NCBI GenBank assembly: GCA_963783305.1
Contig: CAWAMW010000015.1
Span: forward strand, 1 to 64,000
DNA: 64,000 bases
Origin: an uncultured Gemmatimonadales bacterium
GTDB lineage: Bacteria > Gemmatimonadota > Gemmatimonadetes > Longimicrobiales > RSA9
Direction of reading: 5' to 3'
The position numbers and the translations under genes were made by a program. Positions 48,664-60,200 of this stretch are shown here, piece by piece. Each line of letters starts with the position of its first letter. Within the stretch, counting starts at the first letter, position 1. The notes beneath the pieces were generated by a model that did no database searches, was not told where the DNA came from, and saw nothing but the letters and a program-made list of their open reading frames with translations.

Positions 48664-48975
48664 TCAGGGGTCCCGGGCTGGGGGTGCCTCGGTACGGCCA
48701 CCGGCAGAGAGCCCGGCCAGGCGGTCGGGCCTCCGAAGCTCTTCGACGAAGTCGAGACGTTCTTCGATCCGGGCCAGCCGCGTCTCGAGCTCCTCGATCA
48801 CGACGCTGTCGAGCCGTACGCCCGACTCCAGTGCCTGCCGGCTGGCCTTCCGTTCGGCCGACATCTCCTTCAGCAGGTCGCCGAGATGCCGGCCTATGGG
48901 CGCCGCGATCGCCACGCCGGCTTTCCCCAGCGTGGTGATCAGGATGATCAGGAGTACGAAAGTGAATACGTCCAT
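48664..48975 (-). CDS. Small membrane-anchored coiled-coil protein
   Basis: N-terminal TM helix; IEERLDFVEEL. Confidence 0.75.
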   Translation of the reverse strand: MDVFTFVLLIILITTLGKAGVAIAAPIGRHLGDLLKEMSAERKASRQALESGVRLDSVVIEELETRLARIEERLDFVEELRRPDRLAGLSAGGRTEAPPARDP

Positions 48976-49013
48976 AGGCCGCCTGCGCTCGGGTTCGGAG
49001 GGTGCCGGTGGGA

Positions 49014-50105
49014 TCAGCGGTAGATGGCGATGTCGACGCGCCCGTCGGCGTCGATGAATCCGCGGTACATGCCCGGCGTATTGAACATCATCACGATGTT
49101 CCCCTGCGAGTCAAGCCCTACGATCCCGCCGGTCTCCGGCTCCTGGGCCTCCAGCTGCTCCATGATCATGGCCCGCGCGGACTGCTCGAGTGTGATGTCC
49201 AGATACTTCATGCGCGCGCAGATGTCGTAGGCGACCACGTTGCGGATGAAGTACTCGCCCCACCCGGTGGCGCTGATGCCACAGCTCTCGTTCGCGTAGG
49301 TGCCCGCCCCGATGATGGGCGAGTCGCCGATTCGTCCCCATTTCTTGTTGGTCATCCCGCCGGTGGACGTGCCCGCCGCGATGTTTCCACGGGCGTCGAG
49401 GGCAATCACGCCCACGGTGCCGAACTTGGAGTCACGAACCTCGGCAGTCGGTGCGCCGTGTGCCTGCGACCCGCCGGCATCGGCCTGCTTCGCTCTTTGC
49501 AGCGCCTCCCACCGACGCTCCGTGTAGAAATAGGAGGGCTCCACCTGCTCGACCCCCTGCTCGGCCGCGAACGCCTCCGCCCCCGCCCCCGCCAGCATGA
49601 CGTGCGGAGAGTGGTCCATGACGGCCCGGGCCAGCCGGATCGGGTTTCGGATCGTCTCCACACCGGCCACGGCTCCCGCCTGGAGTGTGGACCCGTCCAT
49701 TATGCTGGCGTCGAGCGAGTTCGTACCCTCCGCCGTGAAGACCGCCCCCTTGCCCGCGTTGAACAGTGGCGAGTCCTCGAGTACGACGATGGTCGCGACC
49801 ACCGCGTCCACGCTGCTGCCGCCATCGCTCAACACCCGGTGCCCGGCCCGCAGCGCCTCCTCGATCCTGGAGCGATAGGCGCTCTCCACCTCTGGCGTCA
49901 TGCTCCCGCGCCGGATCGTCCCCGCGCCTCCGTGCATGACCAGGCCCCACTCGATCCGTGGGCCGTCCGTCACCGCCGTGGACGCGGGTCCCTGGGGTAC
50001 CGGAGTGGACTGTGGTCCGGCCGTACAGCCCGTGGCCACGCCCATCAGCAGGGCGAGGACGGTGCGGCGCGCAGGTCGGCCCGCGCGGATCAGGCGGATG
50101 TTCAT
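49014..50105 (-). CDS. iaaA: Isoaspartyl peptidase/L-asparaginase (Ntn hydrolase), exported
   Basis: HGGAG, FNAGKG, GTVG, TSTGG and GRIGDSP motifs. Confidence 0.92.
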   Translation of the reverse strand: MNIRLIRAGRPARRTVLALLMGVATGCTAGPQSTPVPQGPASTAVTDGPRIEWGLVMHGGAGTIRRGSMTPEVESAYRSRIEEALRAGHRVLSDGGSSVDAVVATIVVLEDSPLFNAGKGAVFTAEGTNSLDASIMDGSTLQAGAVAGVETIRNPIRLARAVMDHSPHVMLAGAGAEAFAAEQGVEQVEPSYFYTERRWEALQRAKQADAGGSQAHGAPTAEVRDSKFGTVGVIALDARGNIAAGTSTGGMTNKKWGRIGDSPIIGAGTYANESCGISATGWGEYFIRNVVAYDICARMKYLDITLEQSARAMIMEQLEAQEPETGGIVGLDSQGNIVMMFNTPGMYRGFIDADGRVDIAIYR

Positions 50106-50113
50106 GGACTCTC

Positions 50114-51094
50114 CTATTCCAGGGGGTTCAGTCCGGCGACGATCTCCGTGCGGCGATCCTCCAGGAACGGTGGCAGGGCGACCGTCTCGCCGAGCGCCCC
50201 GGGGTCCTCGTCCACTGCGAAGCCGGGGCCGTCAGTGGCGATCTCGAAGAGGACGCCCGCGGGCTCACGGAAATAGAGGCTCCGGAAGTAGTAGCGGTCC
50301 ACCGGTCCGCTGTTCGGGATCCCGAGGTCGCCCAGCCGCTCGATCCACCGTTGGTACTCCTCGTCGCTCGGGGTGCGGAACGCCACGTGGTGCACCCCAC
50401 CGGCGCCCTGCCGGGACGGGGGCAGGTCGGGCTGGACGGCGACGTGGAGTTCGGCGTGGGGGCCAGCCGCCGATGCGTCGCCCATCTCAAAAACGTGCAC
50501 CCCGCCGGGACCATACAGCGAGCTCCGGTACTCGCGCACGGCACGCATTCCGAGCGCCTCCGTGAGCACCCGATCGGTGGGACTGAGGGTGGGCACGCTC
50601 ATCGTGACAGGACCGAGTCCGCGGAGCTGATGCTCTGCTGGCACCGGCGAGCCGCTCCATGCCACCGGATCGTCGCCCGCGCCCCCGTCGTCCACCAGTG
50701 AGAGCCGCTGACCTTCCGGGTCCTCGAAATCCAGGACCGCCCTTCCGTCGCGCTCTGACACCCCGCCGGGCTGGACGCCGTGCCTTCGCAGCCACTCGCT
50801 CCACCACGTCAGCGCCGACTCGCCCGACACCCGGAACCCGGTCCGGACCACGCTGTGCGCCCCCCGCCGCTCCCGCGGCATGGGCCAGTCGAAGAATGTC
50901 ATGTCCGTGCCAGGGCTGCCGGCGCCATCCGCGAAGAAGAGGTGATAGGCGCTCACGTCATCCTGGTTCACGGTCCGCTTCACGAGCCGCAGCCCGAGAA
51001 CTTCCGTATAGAAACGGAAGTTCGCGCGGACATCCGCCGTGATGGCGGTCAGGTGGTGGAAGCCGTGCAGCTCCACGGGGCGCTCCGGGCTCAA
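50114..51094 (-). CDS. Ring-cleaving dioxygenase (VOC family, MhqO-like)
   Basis: [33 protein letters not shown] and [10 protein letters not shown] motifs. Confidence 0.92.
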   Translation of the reverse strand: MSPERPVELHGFHHLTAITADVRANFRFYTEVLGLRLVKRTVNQDDVSAYHLFFADGAGSPGTDMTFFDWPMPRERRGAHSVVRTGFRVSGESALTWWSEWLRRHGVQPGGVSERDGRAVLDFEDPEGQRLSLVDDGGAGDDPVAWSGSPVPAEHQLRGLGPVTMSVPTLSPTDRVLTEALGMRAVREYRSSLYGPGGVHVFEMGDASAAGPHAELHVAVQPDLPPSRQGAGGVHHVAFRTPSDEEYQRWIERLGDLGIPNSGPVDRYYFRSLYFREPAGVLFEIATDGPGFAVDEDPGALGETVALPPFLEDRRTEIVAGLNPLE

Positions 51095-53205
51095 TGAAGG
51101 CGGTCGAGCAGGTACGCGTAGGTCAGCGCGTACATGCGGGCCCGCTGCTCCGGGGTCACGCCGGATCCGTGCCCGCCCTCCATGTTCTCGTAGTAGAAGA
51201 TCGGGTGCCCCATGGCCGCCATTTTTGCGGCCATCTTCCGCGCGTGCCCGGGATGCACGCGATCATCCCGGGTGGTGGTGTAGAAGAAGGGGGTGGGATA
51301 GTCCACATCCTCGTGCACGTTGTGGTAGGGCGAGTACTCCCGTATGTACGCCCATTCCTCCGGGATGTCCGGGTTGCCGTACTCGGCCATCCAGCTGGCG
51401 CCCGCCAGGAGCTTGTTGTAGCGGCGCATGTCGAGCAGCGGGACCTGGACGACGACGGCATCGAACAGCTCCGGCCGCTGCGTCATGGCCGCGCCCACCA
51501 GCAGACCGCCGTTGCTCCCGCCCATGATGCCGAGGTGGTCCGGCGACGTCACGCCGTGCTCCACCAGGTACTCCGCCACGGAGATGAAGTCGTCGAACGC
51601 CCGCTGGCGGTGCTCCTTCTGTGCGGCGCGGTGCCAGGACGGGCCGAACTCACCGCCGCCCCGGATGTTGGCCACCACGTATACGCCCCCGCGCTCGAGC
51701 CAGGACTTCCCGACGATGGCGCTGTACGAGGGCGTCTCGGAGATCTCGAAACCGCCGTAGCCGTAGACGAGCGTCGGGTTCGTGCCGTCGTGGGGGATCC
51801 CCTCGCGATGGACAATGAAGAACGGGACGCGCGTCCCGTCGGCAGAGGTGGCCGCGTGTTGCTCCACGACGAGCCCCTCGGCATCGTACATGTCCGGAAG
51901 CTGCCGGACCTCCCTCACGGTGCCATCCTCCTCGGCCAGGTAGAGGGTGTTGGGTTGTGTGTAGCTGCTGTAGGTGAAGAAGAAGCGGTTCGTATGCACG
52001 TCCGTCGCCACGACCCCGATCGTTCCCATTTCTGGCGCGTCGATCTCCTCACCGACCCATTCGCCGTCCTCGCGGTGGTAGCGCCACAACTCGCTCCGCA
52101 CGTTGTCCAGCATGCTCACGAGGAGGTAGTCCCGGGTGTCGGAGACGCCGCGCACGGTCTGCCGCTCATCGGGACGGACCACGATGTCGAACTCGCGCTC
52201 GCCCTCGAGGAACCGATCGTACGGCATGGCAACGACCGATCCCTCCGGATACGTCGCGCCGCCGACCTCCCAGGGGGTCCGCAGGTAGACCACGATCTGA
52301 TCCGCCACGAGCATGGGGTCCGCATCCACCGGCACGTCGAGCGCCCTCAGCGCGCCATCGTCGGCCAGCACGTGAACCTTCCCCTCGAAGAAGCTGGGGC
52401 GGTGGAAGACGACCGGGTATCGCGCTTCCGCTGTCTCGATCGAGCCCACCCACACCCCCACATCGCCCGGGTCTCCTTCGAACAGCGTCTCGGCGCTCGC
52501 CAGCGGCTGACCCCGGCGCCAGAGCCGGGCCACCCGCGGGTACCCGGACGTGGTCAGGGAGCCCTCGCCGAAGTCCGTGGATATCAGCAGCTCGTCCGCG
52601 CTCCTCCACGCGACGCTGTTCTTGGCCTCCGGCACGAAGAACCCGTCCTGCACGAAGGTGGCGGACTCCAGGTCGAACTCACGGATCTCCGTCGCATCCG
52701 CACCACCGCGGGAGAGGCTCACCATGCACCGGCGGTACTCGGGGGCGAGGCAGGCGGCGCCACCGAACGCCCACCGCTCACCCTCCCTCTCCGCCAGCGC
52801 GTCGATGTCGAGGATCACCTCCCAGGCGGGCTCGCCCGACAGGTAGGACTCCCAGCTGGTCCGGCGCCAGATCCCGCGTTCGTGCTCTTCATCCGTCCAG
52901 AAGTTGTACAGGTGCTCGCCCATGATGGACGGGTAGGCGATACGCTCGTCGGAGTTCAGGATCTCGAGGGCATCCACGAAGAGCTGCTCGTACTCCGGAT
53001 GTGCGCCCAGGGTCTCCAGCGTCGTGGCGTTCCGGGACGCCACCCACTCCAGCGCCCTCTCTCCCTCCACTTCCTCGAGCCACATGAACGGGTCGTCCGC
53101 TTCCGGCGTCTCCTGGGCGGATGTCGGGCTGGCGGAGACGAGGACGGCAGAGGCCGCGAGCGCGGCCACCGCCAGGATCGGCATAACGTGCATCCTAGCT
53201 GTCAT
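51091..53205 (-). CDS. Prolyl oligopeptidase (S9A)
   Basis: [27 protein letters not shown] and GGHG motifs; start could instead be 53193 or 53184. Confidence 0.95.
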   Translation of the reverse strand: MTARMHVMPILAVAALAASAVLVSASPTSAQETPEADDPFMWLEEVEGERALEWVASRNATTLETLGAHPEYEQLFVDALEILNSDERIAYPSIMGEHLYNFWTDEEHERGIWRRTSWESYLSGEPAWEVILDIDALAEREGERWAFGGAACLAPEYRRCMVSLSRGGADATEIREFDLESATFVQDGFFVPEAKNSVAWRSADELLISTDFGEGSLTTSGYPRVARLWRRGQPLASAETLFEGDPGDVGVWVGSIETAEARYPVVFHRPSFFEGKVHVLADDGALRALDVPVDADPMLVADQIVVYLRTPWEVGGATYPEGSVVAMPYDRFLEGEREFDIVVRPDERQTVRGVSDTRDYLLVSMLDNVRSELWRYHREDGEWVGEEIDAPEMGTIGVVATDVHTNRFFFTYSSYTQPNTLYLAEEDGTVREVRQLPDMYDAEGLVVEQHAATSADGTRVPFFIVHREGIPHDGTNPTLVYGYGGFEISETPSYSAIVGKSWLERGGVYVVANIRGGGEFGPSWHRAAQKEHRQRAFDDFISVAEYLVEHGVTSPDHLGIMGGSNGGLLVGAAMTQRPELFDAVVVQVPLLDMRRYNKLLAGASWMAEYGNPDIPEEWAYIREYSPYHNVHEDVDYPTPFFYTTTRDDRVHPGHARKMAAKMAAMGHPIFYYENMEGGHGSGVTPEQRARMYALTYAYLLDRLH

Positions 53206-53437
53206 TTTGGACGACCGGGGTACGCTGGTTTGCGGGTCACGCCGGGCGACGGCGGGCCGCCGGCAGCCATAAGCGTACGCCGCCAGAGGCCCGCGCGCGA
53301 GGTGGGGCCGGACCGTGGCCCACGCAGACGAGCCGGCACCGCGGTGCCTTGCCCCACGACCTCCGCCGCTCCAGCTTCGACGAACCACACCCGCGGTGGG
53401 GCTCCCACCCGGATGAAGCCCTCGATGGAGCGATCCC

Positions 53438-54457
53438 ATGGCAGAGAATCCCCGCCCGACGGGGGTGGATGTAACCCCCAGCCGCAGGAACTTCCTCATC
53501 ACCGCGGGGGCGGGAGTCGCCGGGGCCACACTCGCCACCCTCGCCCTTCCCACCGCGGCCATGGGTGCCACCATTCCGGCGACCGCCGCTGCCAGGAGTA
53601 CGCGCCGAGCCGGAGAACCCTGGGGGCGCCTGGAGCCCGTGGCGGATGGCTGCTGGGCCCTCGTCTCCACCCCGCTCGCCGGAGGCGCCGAGTCCCGCCG
53701 GACCCTCTGCAACGGTGGCATCATCGCCGGGCGAGAGGGCGTCATGGCGGTAGAGGCGTTCGCGTCCATGGAGGGCGCCGCCTGGCTGTCCGACGAGGCG
53801 CTCCGCCTCACGGGCATGCGACCCACCCACGTGGTCCTCACCCACTACCACGGCGACCACGTGTCCGGCGGCGCCGGCTACCTGCTGGGAGGGGAGGCGC
53901 CCCGACTCATGGCCACCCGCACCACTCGCCGCCTCATGGCCGAGCAGGAGGCGGCGCTCGCCGACGACCGCACGGACGCCCGGCCGCTGTTGATGCCCGA
54001 CACGGTGCTGCCGGATGAGGGAGAGGGCACCGACATCGACCTCGGAGGCCGCGCCGTCCGGATCACACCCCGACGCGGCCACACTCCGAGTGACCTCGTG
54101 ATCCGGACAGATTCCGTGATCTTCACCGGTGACCTGGTCTGGAACGCCATGTTTCCCAACTACATGGATGCGATACCATCGGAGTTGTCACGGCACGTGC
54201 GGGCGCTCCGGAGCCAGAGGGCCGACGTCTACGTCTCGGGTCACGGCGCCCTCTCCGAGGCCGCAGATCTCGACCGCTACATCGACCTGCTGGACGACGT
54301 GGAGGCGGCCGCCCGCCAGGCTCTCACGGCCGGTCGACCCCTCGGCGAGGCCGCGGCCGAGTACGCGGTGCCGCCGTCACTGGGCGACTGGCACTTGTTC
54401 TCGCCCCGCTACCCGGAGGTCGCCTTCCTGGCGTGGTCGCGGGAGCTCACGGAGTAG
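53438..54457 (+). CDS. Tat-exported MBL-fold metallo-hydrolase
   Basis: SRRNFL Tat motif; THYHGDH, GHT, TGDL and SGHG motifs. Confidence 0.88.
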   Translation: MAENPRPTGVDVTPSRRNFLITAGAGVAGATLATLALPTAAMGATIPATAAARSTRRAGEPWGRLEPVADGCWALVSTPLAGGAESRRTLCNGGIIAGREGVMAVEAFASMEGAAWLSDEALRLTGMRPTHVVLTHYHGDHVSGGAGYLLGGEAPRLMATRTTRRLMAEQEAALADDRTDARPLLMPDTVLPDEGEGTDIDLGGRAVRITPRRGHTPSDLVIRTDSVIFTGDLVWNAMFPNYMDAIPSELSRHVRALRSQRADVYVSGHGALSEAADLDRYIDLLDDVEAAARQALTAGRPLGEAAAEYAVPPSLGDWHLFSPRYPEVAFLAWSRELTE

Positions 54458-54467
54458 AGCGTCGCCG

Positions 54468-55733
54468 TCACGCGCGAGGGCGGACGCCGCAGAACCGCAG
54501 GATCGTTAGCACGAGTACGCGGGTCGCGGTCTCCAGGTCGGCGATCTCGATGTACTCGTCGGGGGCGTGCGCACGCCGAACGTCGCCGGGGCCGTAGAGG
54601 ACCGTAGGCACGCCCCCCTCGTTGGCGAGTAGCCGCATGTCCGCGCCATAGGGCATCCCCCTGACCTCCGGCGGTTCCCCGACCACATCCGCGTGAGCGG
54701 CACCCACCGTCGCGACGATCGAGTGCTCCACGTCCGTGGCCGCGGGGGAGAACTGGCCGCCCCACCACTCCACGGTCGGCGCGTTCGCGCGCAGCCACGG
54801 ATCGCGCTCCGCAGCTTCCTCGACCGCTCGCTCCAGCTCGCGTCGGGCCGCGGCGGAGTCCTCGTCCGGGGCAATGCCCATCCGCCCCTCGAACGTGACC
54901 GACTCGGCGACCGTGGAGGCCCAGATCCCGCCCCGGATCGTGCCGACACAGAGCGCGAACGGAAGCTCCATGTCGCGGAACAGCGCGTGGCGTGGCCGCG
55001 CGTTCCGCTCCCGCTCGAGCGCCTGGAGCGCGCGGTACAGCGGGATGAAGCGGTCGATGGGGTCCACGCCCTCCGCCCTGAGGGCACCATGGGCGGCCCG
55101 GCCAGGCACCGTCACTCGGAAGTTGAACGCTCCCGCCTGCGCGGGGGCCAGCACCAGCCGGGTCGGCTCCAGGACGATTGCGGCATCACCCGCAGGACCG
55201 CGACGGACCGCCGCCAGCGTGCCGAGCCCGCCGTCCTCCTCCCCGACCACGCTCTGGACCAGCACCGACCCCGCCAGCTCGACGCCCGCCGCGCGCAGTG
55301 CCCTCAGAGCGAACAGCCCGCACAGCAGCCCCCCCTTCATGTCGGCGGAGCCACGGCCGTAAACCCTGCCGTCCCGAACCGTGGCCTCGAAAGGCGGGAC
55401 CGACCATCGGCTGGGCTCGCCGGCGGGGACCACATCCACGTGTCCGTTCAGCACGAGCGTCGGGCCTCCTTCGCCCATGCGCCCCACCACGCCCAGCGCC
55501 TCCGGCCGGCCCAGCTCTTCCGAGTACGAAGGGTCCTGCCGCAGCGCCGGGAGGTCGATCTCCCAGCGGTCCACGGCCAGTCCAGAGTCTGCCATGAATG
55601 CCGACATCCACTCCTGGGCCGGGCCCTCCCTCCCGCCGGAGCTGTCGATGGCGATCAGCTCCCGCAGCCGCGCCACGAGGCCGTCCACGTCCACGGCGTC
55701 CAGCGCCCTCCGCTCTTCCCGCTGGCGGCTCAC
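54468..55733 (-). CDS. M20 family ArgE/DapE-like deacylase
   Basis: [24 protein letters not shown] and AHAPDE motifs. Confidence 0.92.
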   Translation of the reverse strand: MSRQREERRALDAVDVDGLVARLRELIAIDSSGGREGPAQEWMSAFMADSGLAVDRWEIDLPALRQDPSYSEELGRPEALGVVGRMGEGGPTLVLNGHVDVVPAGEPSRWSVPPFEATVRDGRVYGRGSADMKGGLLCGLFALRALRAAGVELAGSVLVQSVVGEEDGGLGTLAAVRRGPAGDAAIVLEPTRLVLAPAQAGAFNFRVTVPGRAAHGALRAEGVDPIDRFIPLYRALQALERERNARPRHALFRDMELPFALCVGTIRGGIWASTVAESVTFEGRMGIAPDEDSAAARRELERAVEEAAERDPWLRANAPTVEWWGGQFSPAATDVEHSIVATVGAAHADVVGEPPEVRGMPYGADMRLLANEGGVPTVLYGPGDVRRAHAPDEYIEIADLETATRVLVLTILRFCGVRPRA

Positions 55734-56914
55734 GTCAGGCGCGCGAGGCCGGCCTCGAGGTCAGCGACCAGGTCCTCGCCGTTCTCGATCCCGACCGAGT
55801 AGCGGATCAGCGATTCCGGGATCCCCGCCGCGGCCCGCTGCTGCGGCGTCAGCTCCACGTGGCTCGTCGTGGCCGGCGGTCCCACGAGTGTCGCGACCGA
55901 GCCCAGGCTGGCGGCGCGGTGCGCAAGCTCCAGCCCGCCGAGCAGCGTCCGGACGTTGTCGAACCCACCCACGAGGGCGAAGGCCAGAACGCCACCGAAC
56001 CCGCTCATCTGCCCGCGCGCCACATCGTGGCCCGGGTGGTCCGGAAGCCCCGGGTAGTGCACGGCGGCCACCGCAGGGTGCGACGCGAGGAACTCCGCCA
56101 CCCGCTGGGCATTCTCGTTCTGACGCCCGACCCGGAGCTCCAGTGTGCGAATCCCGCGCGCCAGCAGCGACGCGGAATGGGGATCGAGCGAAGCGCCATT
56201 GATCTCGCGGAACCGGAAAATCTCCCGAACCCGGGCCACGTCGCCCACGACCACCCCGCCCATGGCATCCGAATGTCCGCCCAGGTACTTGGTGGCGCTG
56301 TGCAGGACCAGGTCGGCGCCCAGCTCGAGCGGCCGCTGGTTGATGGGCGTGGCGAATGTATTGTCGACGACGACGGTGGCGCCCGCCCGGTGGCCGGCGG
56401 CGCCGAGCCGTCGGATATCCAGAACCTTCAGCGTCGGGTTCGTCGGCGTCTCCAGGTAGAGCAGGTCGCAGCCGCGGCCGATGGCCTCCTCTATGGCCGC
56501 GTGATCGCTCGTGTCGCACAGCTCCACGTCCACGCCCCAGCCCGGCAGGAAGTCGTTGAAGATCCGGTTCGTACCGCCATACGTGTCCCGGATGCTCACC
56601 ACCCTTCGGCCCGGCTCCAGCAGCGCAAAGAGCGTGTTGCTGATCGCGGCCATTCCGGTAGCAAAGGAGGTCGCCGCCTCCGCCCCCTCCAGCAGCCGCA
56701 CCTTCTCCTCGAACACGGCCACTGTGGGGTTGGTGTTCCGCGAGTAAATGTGACCCGCCTTCTCACCGGCGCCCACCGCTCGCCACTCATCCAGATCGTC
56801 GTATGAGAAGGTCACGCCGTGGTAGATGGGCGTGACCGTCACCCCCTCGGGACCTCGCTTCGGCTCCCCGTCCCAGACGCAGCGGGTCGATTTCCCCCGT
56901 TCGTCAGCCGACAT
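55730..56914 (-). CDS. Cystathionine gamma-synthase/lyase family PLP enzyme
   Basis: [21 protein letters not shown] and [12 protein letters not shown] motifs. Confidence 0.93.
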   Translation of the reverse strand: MSADERGKSTRCVWDGEPKRGPEGVTVTPIYHGVTFSYDDLDEWRAVGAGEKAGHIYSRNTNPTVAVFEEKVRLLEGAEAATSFATGMAAISNTLFALLEPGRRVVSIRDTYGGTNRIFNDFLPGWGVDVELCDTSDHAAIEEAIGRGCDLLYLETPTNPTLKVLDIRRLGAAGHRAGATVVVDNTFATPINQRPLELGADLVLHSATKYLGGHSDAMGGVVVGDVARVREIFRFREINGASLDPHSASLLARGIRTLELRVGRQNENAQRVAEFLASHPAVAAVHYPGLPDHPGHDVARGQMSGFGGVLAFALVGGFDNVRTLLGGLELAHRAASLGSVATLVGPPATTSHVELTPQQRAAAGIPESLIRYSVGIENGEDLVADLEAGLARLT

Positions 56915-57161
56915 CAAACGACCGCGGCGCGCGCGGCTCCGCTGGCATGAGAAGCCACAGGATGAGGTACACGATCAGCCCCGGGAAGGCGGCAGAGAGC
57001 GCCGAGACGGCGACGAACGCGATCCGCACGTTCGTCGCGGACCAGCCGAAGTAGCGGGCGATCCCACGGCAGACGCCGGCCACGAGCCGGCCCCTCCGCG
57101 GACGATAGAGGCCGCCCCGTGGCGCCTCGTCACGGAACTGCACCTGATCACGGTCCGCCAT
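56904..57161 (-). CDS. PspC domain protein
   Basis: LYRPRRGRLVAGVCRGIARYFG...YLILWLLMP. Confidence 0.9.
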   Translation of the reverse strand: MADRDQVQFRDEAPRGGLYRPRRGRLVAGVCRGIARYFGWSATNVRIAFVAVSALSAAFPGLIVYLILWLLMPAEPRAPRSFDVG

Positions 57162-57310
57162 CACGACTGTCGCTCGGGCGTCGGCCCCGGGGGAGTGATG
57201 GCACCCGGCACACGCAGCAGGAGCCAGATCGGGATGGCGGCGGCCACCAGCGCCATGACCGCCGCTCCGGCGGCGAGAACGGTAAGGACGAGCCTCAGGA
57301 TTCGCGTCAT
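57161..57310 (-). CDS. Small membrane protein
   Basis: 49-aa hydrophobic ORF; TGATG overlap with the PspC start. Confidence 0.55.
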   Translation of the reverse strand: MTRILRLVLTVLAAGAAVMALVAAAIPIWLLLRVPGAITPPGPTPERQS

Positions 57311-57470
57311 AGATCGTTTCACTTGGGGACGGAGCATGGACCGCCCGGGGCGATCCCGTGGGGGCGCAGCCGCGGGGTTCCGGTCCTCTACCTTCCAATG
57401 TGGTCCAAGCCGGGTCGTGGGACCAGACGCCCCTGCACTTCGCGCGGAAAACCCGATACATTCCGCGGCC

Positions 57471-59552
57471 ATGATATCCGTATCGAACCTAGCCAAGGAA
57501 TTCGGCGACCGCACGCTGTTCGAGAACGCTTCCTTCCAGCTGAACCCGGGGGAGCGCTACGGACTCGTGGGCGCCAACGGTTCCGGAAAGACGACGCTGC
57601 TCGGCATCCTGACCGGTGACGAGCCCGCCTCCGCCGGCCATATCTCCATCCCGTCCCGGATCGACATGGGCGTGCTCCGGCAGGACCAGTTCCTGTACGA
57701 GGACGAAGAGATTCTCGGCGTCGCCATGCGCGGCAACCCGGAGCTCTGGAAGGCCATGGTCGAAAAGGAGAAGATCCTGGCCAATGCCGCCGAGCACTTC
57801 GACACGAAGCGCTACGGCATCGTCGAGGAGACCATCGAGCGTCACGACGGCTACGCCGCGGAGTCGAGGGCCGCCGAGATCCTCGAGGGCCTCGGCATCC
57901 CCACCGAGGTCCACCGCCGTCCCCTCAGCACGCTCTCCGGCGGCTTCAAGCTGCGCGTCCTCCTGGCCCAGGCCCTGGCCGGCAATCCCGACATCCTCCT
58001 CCTGGACGAGCCCACGAACCACCTGGACATTCTCAGCATCCGATGGCTCGAGAAGTTCCTCAGGGGCTTCGGCGGTCCGGTGGTCGTGATCAGTCACGAC
58101 CACCGCTTCCTGGACAACGTCTCGACCCACATCCTCGACGTGGACTACCAGACCGTGACCCTCTACCACGGGAACTACACCGCCTTCGTGGAGCAGAAGC
58201 GGGAGGAGCGGGAGCGACGGGAGAAGGAGATCGGGGCGCGGGAGAAGGAGATCGCGCATCACCGGGAGTTCGTCGACCGGTTCCGGGCCAAGGCGAGCAA
58301 GGCGCGCCAGGCCCAGAGCAAGCTGCGAATGATCGAGAAGAAGGCGGAGCAGCTTGAGCCGCTGGCGCCGAGCTCCCGCCGCTATCCCAGTTTCCGGTTC
58401 GACCCGTACCGGCCCAGTGGGCGGGATGTCCTGGAACTGGAGGGGGTTCGGAAGGCGTACGCAGAGAACGAGGTCCTCCACGGGGTCGATCTCGAGGTCC
58501 GGCGCGGCGACCGCCTGGCGATCATGGGACCCAACGGCATCGGGAAGTCGACTCTTCTCAAGATCGCCGTCGGAGACCTGGCCGCCGATGACGGAGAGGT
58601 GGAATGGGGCCACGCCGTGCGGGTCGGCTATTTCGCACAGGACCACCACGAACAGCTCGACGATCCGGGGGTCAGCGCCGAGCAGTGGGTCGCCCATCAC
58701 CACCCGGCTCTCTCCACGACCTACCTCCGTGGCGCCATGGGCGCCGTCCTCTTTTCCGGCGATGAGGCCGAGAAGCGGCTGTCCGCCCTCTCCGGTGGTG
58801 AAGCCGCGCGCCTGGTCTTTTGCAAGCTCGCCCTCGAGAAGCCCAATGTGCTCGTCCTCGACGAGCCCACGAACCACCTCGACCTGGAGTCCATCGAGGC
58901 TCTCGTCGAGGGACTTCAGGAGTATGAGGGGACGCTGATCTTCGTCTCCCACGACCGCTGGTTCGTCAGCCGGCTCGCCAACCGGGTCGTGGAGATCTCG
59001 GCCACCGCGATCCGCGATTACCGCGGCACCTACGAGGAATACGTCCACTGGTGTGGCGACGACCACCTCGATGTGGACACGGTGATGGAGAAGGAGCGGT
59101 CGCGGAAGTCGGACGGCGAGGCCCCGACAACCCTCCCGTCGAACCGCGCAGCCGCGAACGCGACCGACCAGTCCAACAGCAAATCTGCTCCCACCGAACC
59201 CGATCGACCCAATGTGCAGGCGGGGCGGGGTGGCAGCGCACCGGTCGGCGGCGGCAGCGAGTCGGTCGGCGGCGACAGCCAGTCGCCCCCGGTCGGGACC
59301 GAGCGGGGGCGCCGCCGCGATCCTTACAAGGTCCGGAAGCTCGAGGAGCGGCGCGACGAGCTCACGCTGCGGATCGACCGGGCGGAAGCACGCCTCGGGG
59401 AGATCGAGCAGGCCTTTGCGGACCCCGGGCTCTACGCCCCCCAGCGCCAGGAGGAGGTCCGCTCTCTCGAAGAGGAGCGGACCCGGCTCGAGGGCAGCAT
59501 CGAGAAGTGGATGGCCGAGTGGGAAAGCGCAGAGCGCCAGCTCGCCGGCTGA
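57471..59552 (+). CDS. ABC-F family ATPase (YbiT-like) with C-terminal extension
   Basis: Two ABC domains (GANGSGKT and GPNGIGKS; LSGG; DEPTNHLD x2); no TM segments. Confidence 0.95.
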   Translation: MISVSNLAKEFGDRTLFENASFQLNPGERYGLVGANGSGKTTLLGILTGDEPASAGHISIPSRIDMGVLRQDQFLYEDEEILGVAMRGNPELWKAMVEKEKILANAAEHFDTKRYGIVEETIERHDGYAAESRAAEILEGLGIPTEVHRRPLSTLSGGFKLRVLLAQALAGNPDILLLDEPTNHLDILSIRWLEKFLRGFGGPVVVISHDHRFLDNVSTHILDVDYQTVTLYHGNYTAFVEQKREERERREKEIGAREKEIAHHREFVDRFRAKASKARQAQSKLRMIEKKAEQLEPLAPSSRRYPSFRFDPYRPSGRDVLELEGVRKAYAENEVLHGVDLEVRRGDRLAIMGPNGIGKSTLLKIAVGDLAADDGEVEWGHAVRVGYFAQDHHEQLDDPGVSAEQWVAHHHPALSTTYLRGAMGAVLFSGDEAEKRLSALSGGEAARLVFCKLALEKPNVLVLDEPTNHLDLESIEALVEGLQEYEGTLIFVSHDRWFVSRLANRVVEISATAIRDYRGTYEEYVHWCGDDHLDVDTVMEKERSRKSDGEAPTTLPSNRAAANATDQSNSKSAPTEPDRPNVQAGRGGSAPVGGGSESVGGDSQSPPVGTERGRRRDPYKVRKLEERRDELTLRIDRAEARLGEIEQAFADPGLYAPQRQEEVRSLEEERTRLEGSIEKWMAEWESAERQLAG

Positions 59553-60116
59553 CTACGCGCCCGGCCAGAGCCAGCCGAACACGCCGCCCGTCAGCAGGGC
59601 GTAAATGAGCCCGTCCAGTGTGTTCTTGCCCGCCGTCGTCCACTTCTGTCCGAACCAGATCGTCTCCTGCCACGTTCCGAGCGCATAGGCCGCAAAGGCC
59701 GTCGCCCCCGCGAACCGGAACGCTTCGCCGTAGTACGCCCCCGGGTTCAGGGCGCGCCCCGAAATGTAGGCGGCGAAGATGGAGACCACGAGGCAGTAGA
59801 TGAACCAGGCGATCAACTCCCGGCTCATGTTGATCTGCCCGCTCGGGAGGATCGTGACCAGACCCACGGGCCCCTTCTCTCGTTTCTCGACATAGGCCGG
59901 CGCCTTCATCGCATCGCGTGACGCCGCGTGCGGCATGACATAGGTGCCGGGCGGGATGTCGTGCGCTCGGAGGGACGCCATGATCGCGTCCTCCGCCGGA
60001 AGCGGTGCGAAATCGGTCGAGTGATACGTCATCACGGTGTGCAGGATCGCGCTCACGACGAAGATGAGGGCCGCGGCCACGAGGATGGGGAGCCACAGGG
60101 AGAGCACCGGCACCAT
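59553..60116 (-). CDS. Conserved-type membrane protein
   Basis: GGAGG RBS; LSLWLPIL...; four TM segments; ends FGWLWP. Confidence 0.8.
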   Translation of the reverse strand: MVPVLSLWLPILVAAALIFVVSAILHTVMTYHSTDFAPLPAEDAIMASLRAHDIPPGTYVMPHAASRDAMKAPAYVEKREKGPVGLVTILPSGQINMSRELIAWFIYCLVVSIFAAYISGRALNPGAYYGEAFRFAGATAFAAYALGTWQETIWFGQKWTTAGKNTLDGLIYALLTGGVFGWLWPGA

Positions 60117-60200
60117 TGCCACCTCCAGGTTGGGATAGGGGATAGGCAAGGATGCAGCGGGGGAGGCGCCACCGAAAGACTTTTGTAGGAGACGCGAGGC

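Noticed and set aside
51094..54018. 974-aa plus-strand ORF and the 916-aa extended prolyl oligopeptidase
   Set aside because: The first is a shadow ORF. The extension overlaps the divergent MBL gene, and the true start is near 53200.
53438..54457. Metallo-beta-lactamase resistance gene
   Set aside because: The HxHxDH motif is general to the MBL fold, and there is no mobile context or subclass-specific evidence.
56826..57470. Apparent N-terminal extension of the ABC-F protein
   Set aside because: It overlaps the PspC genes on the opposite strand; ABC-F homology begins at ATG 57471.
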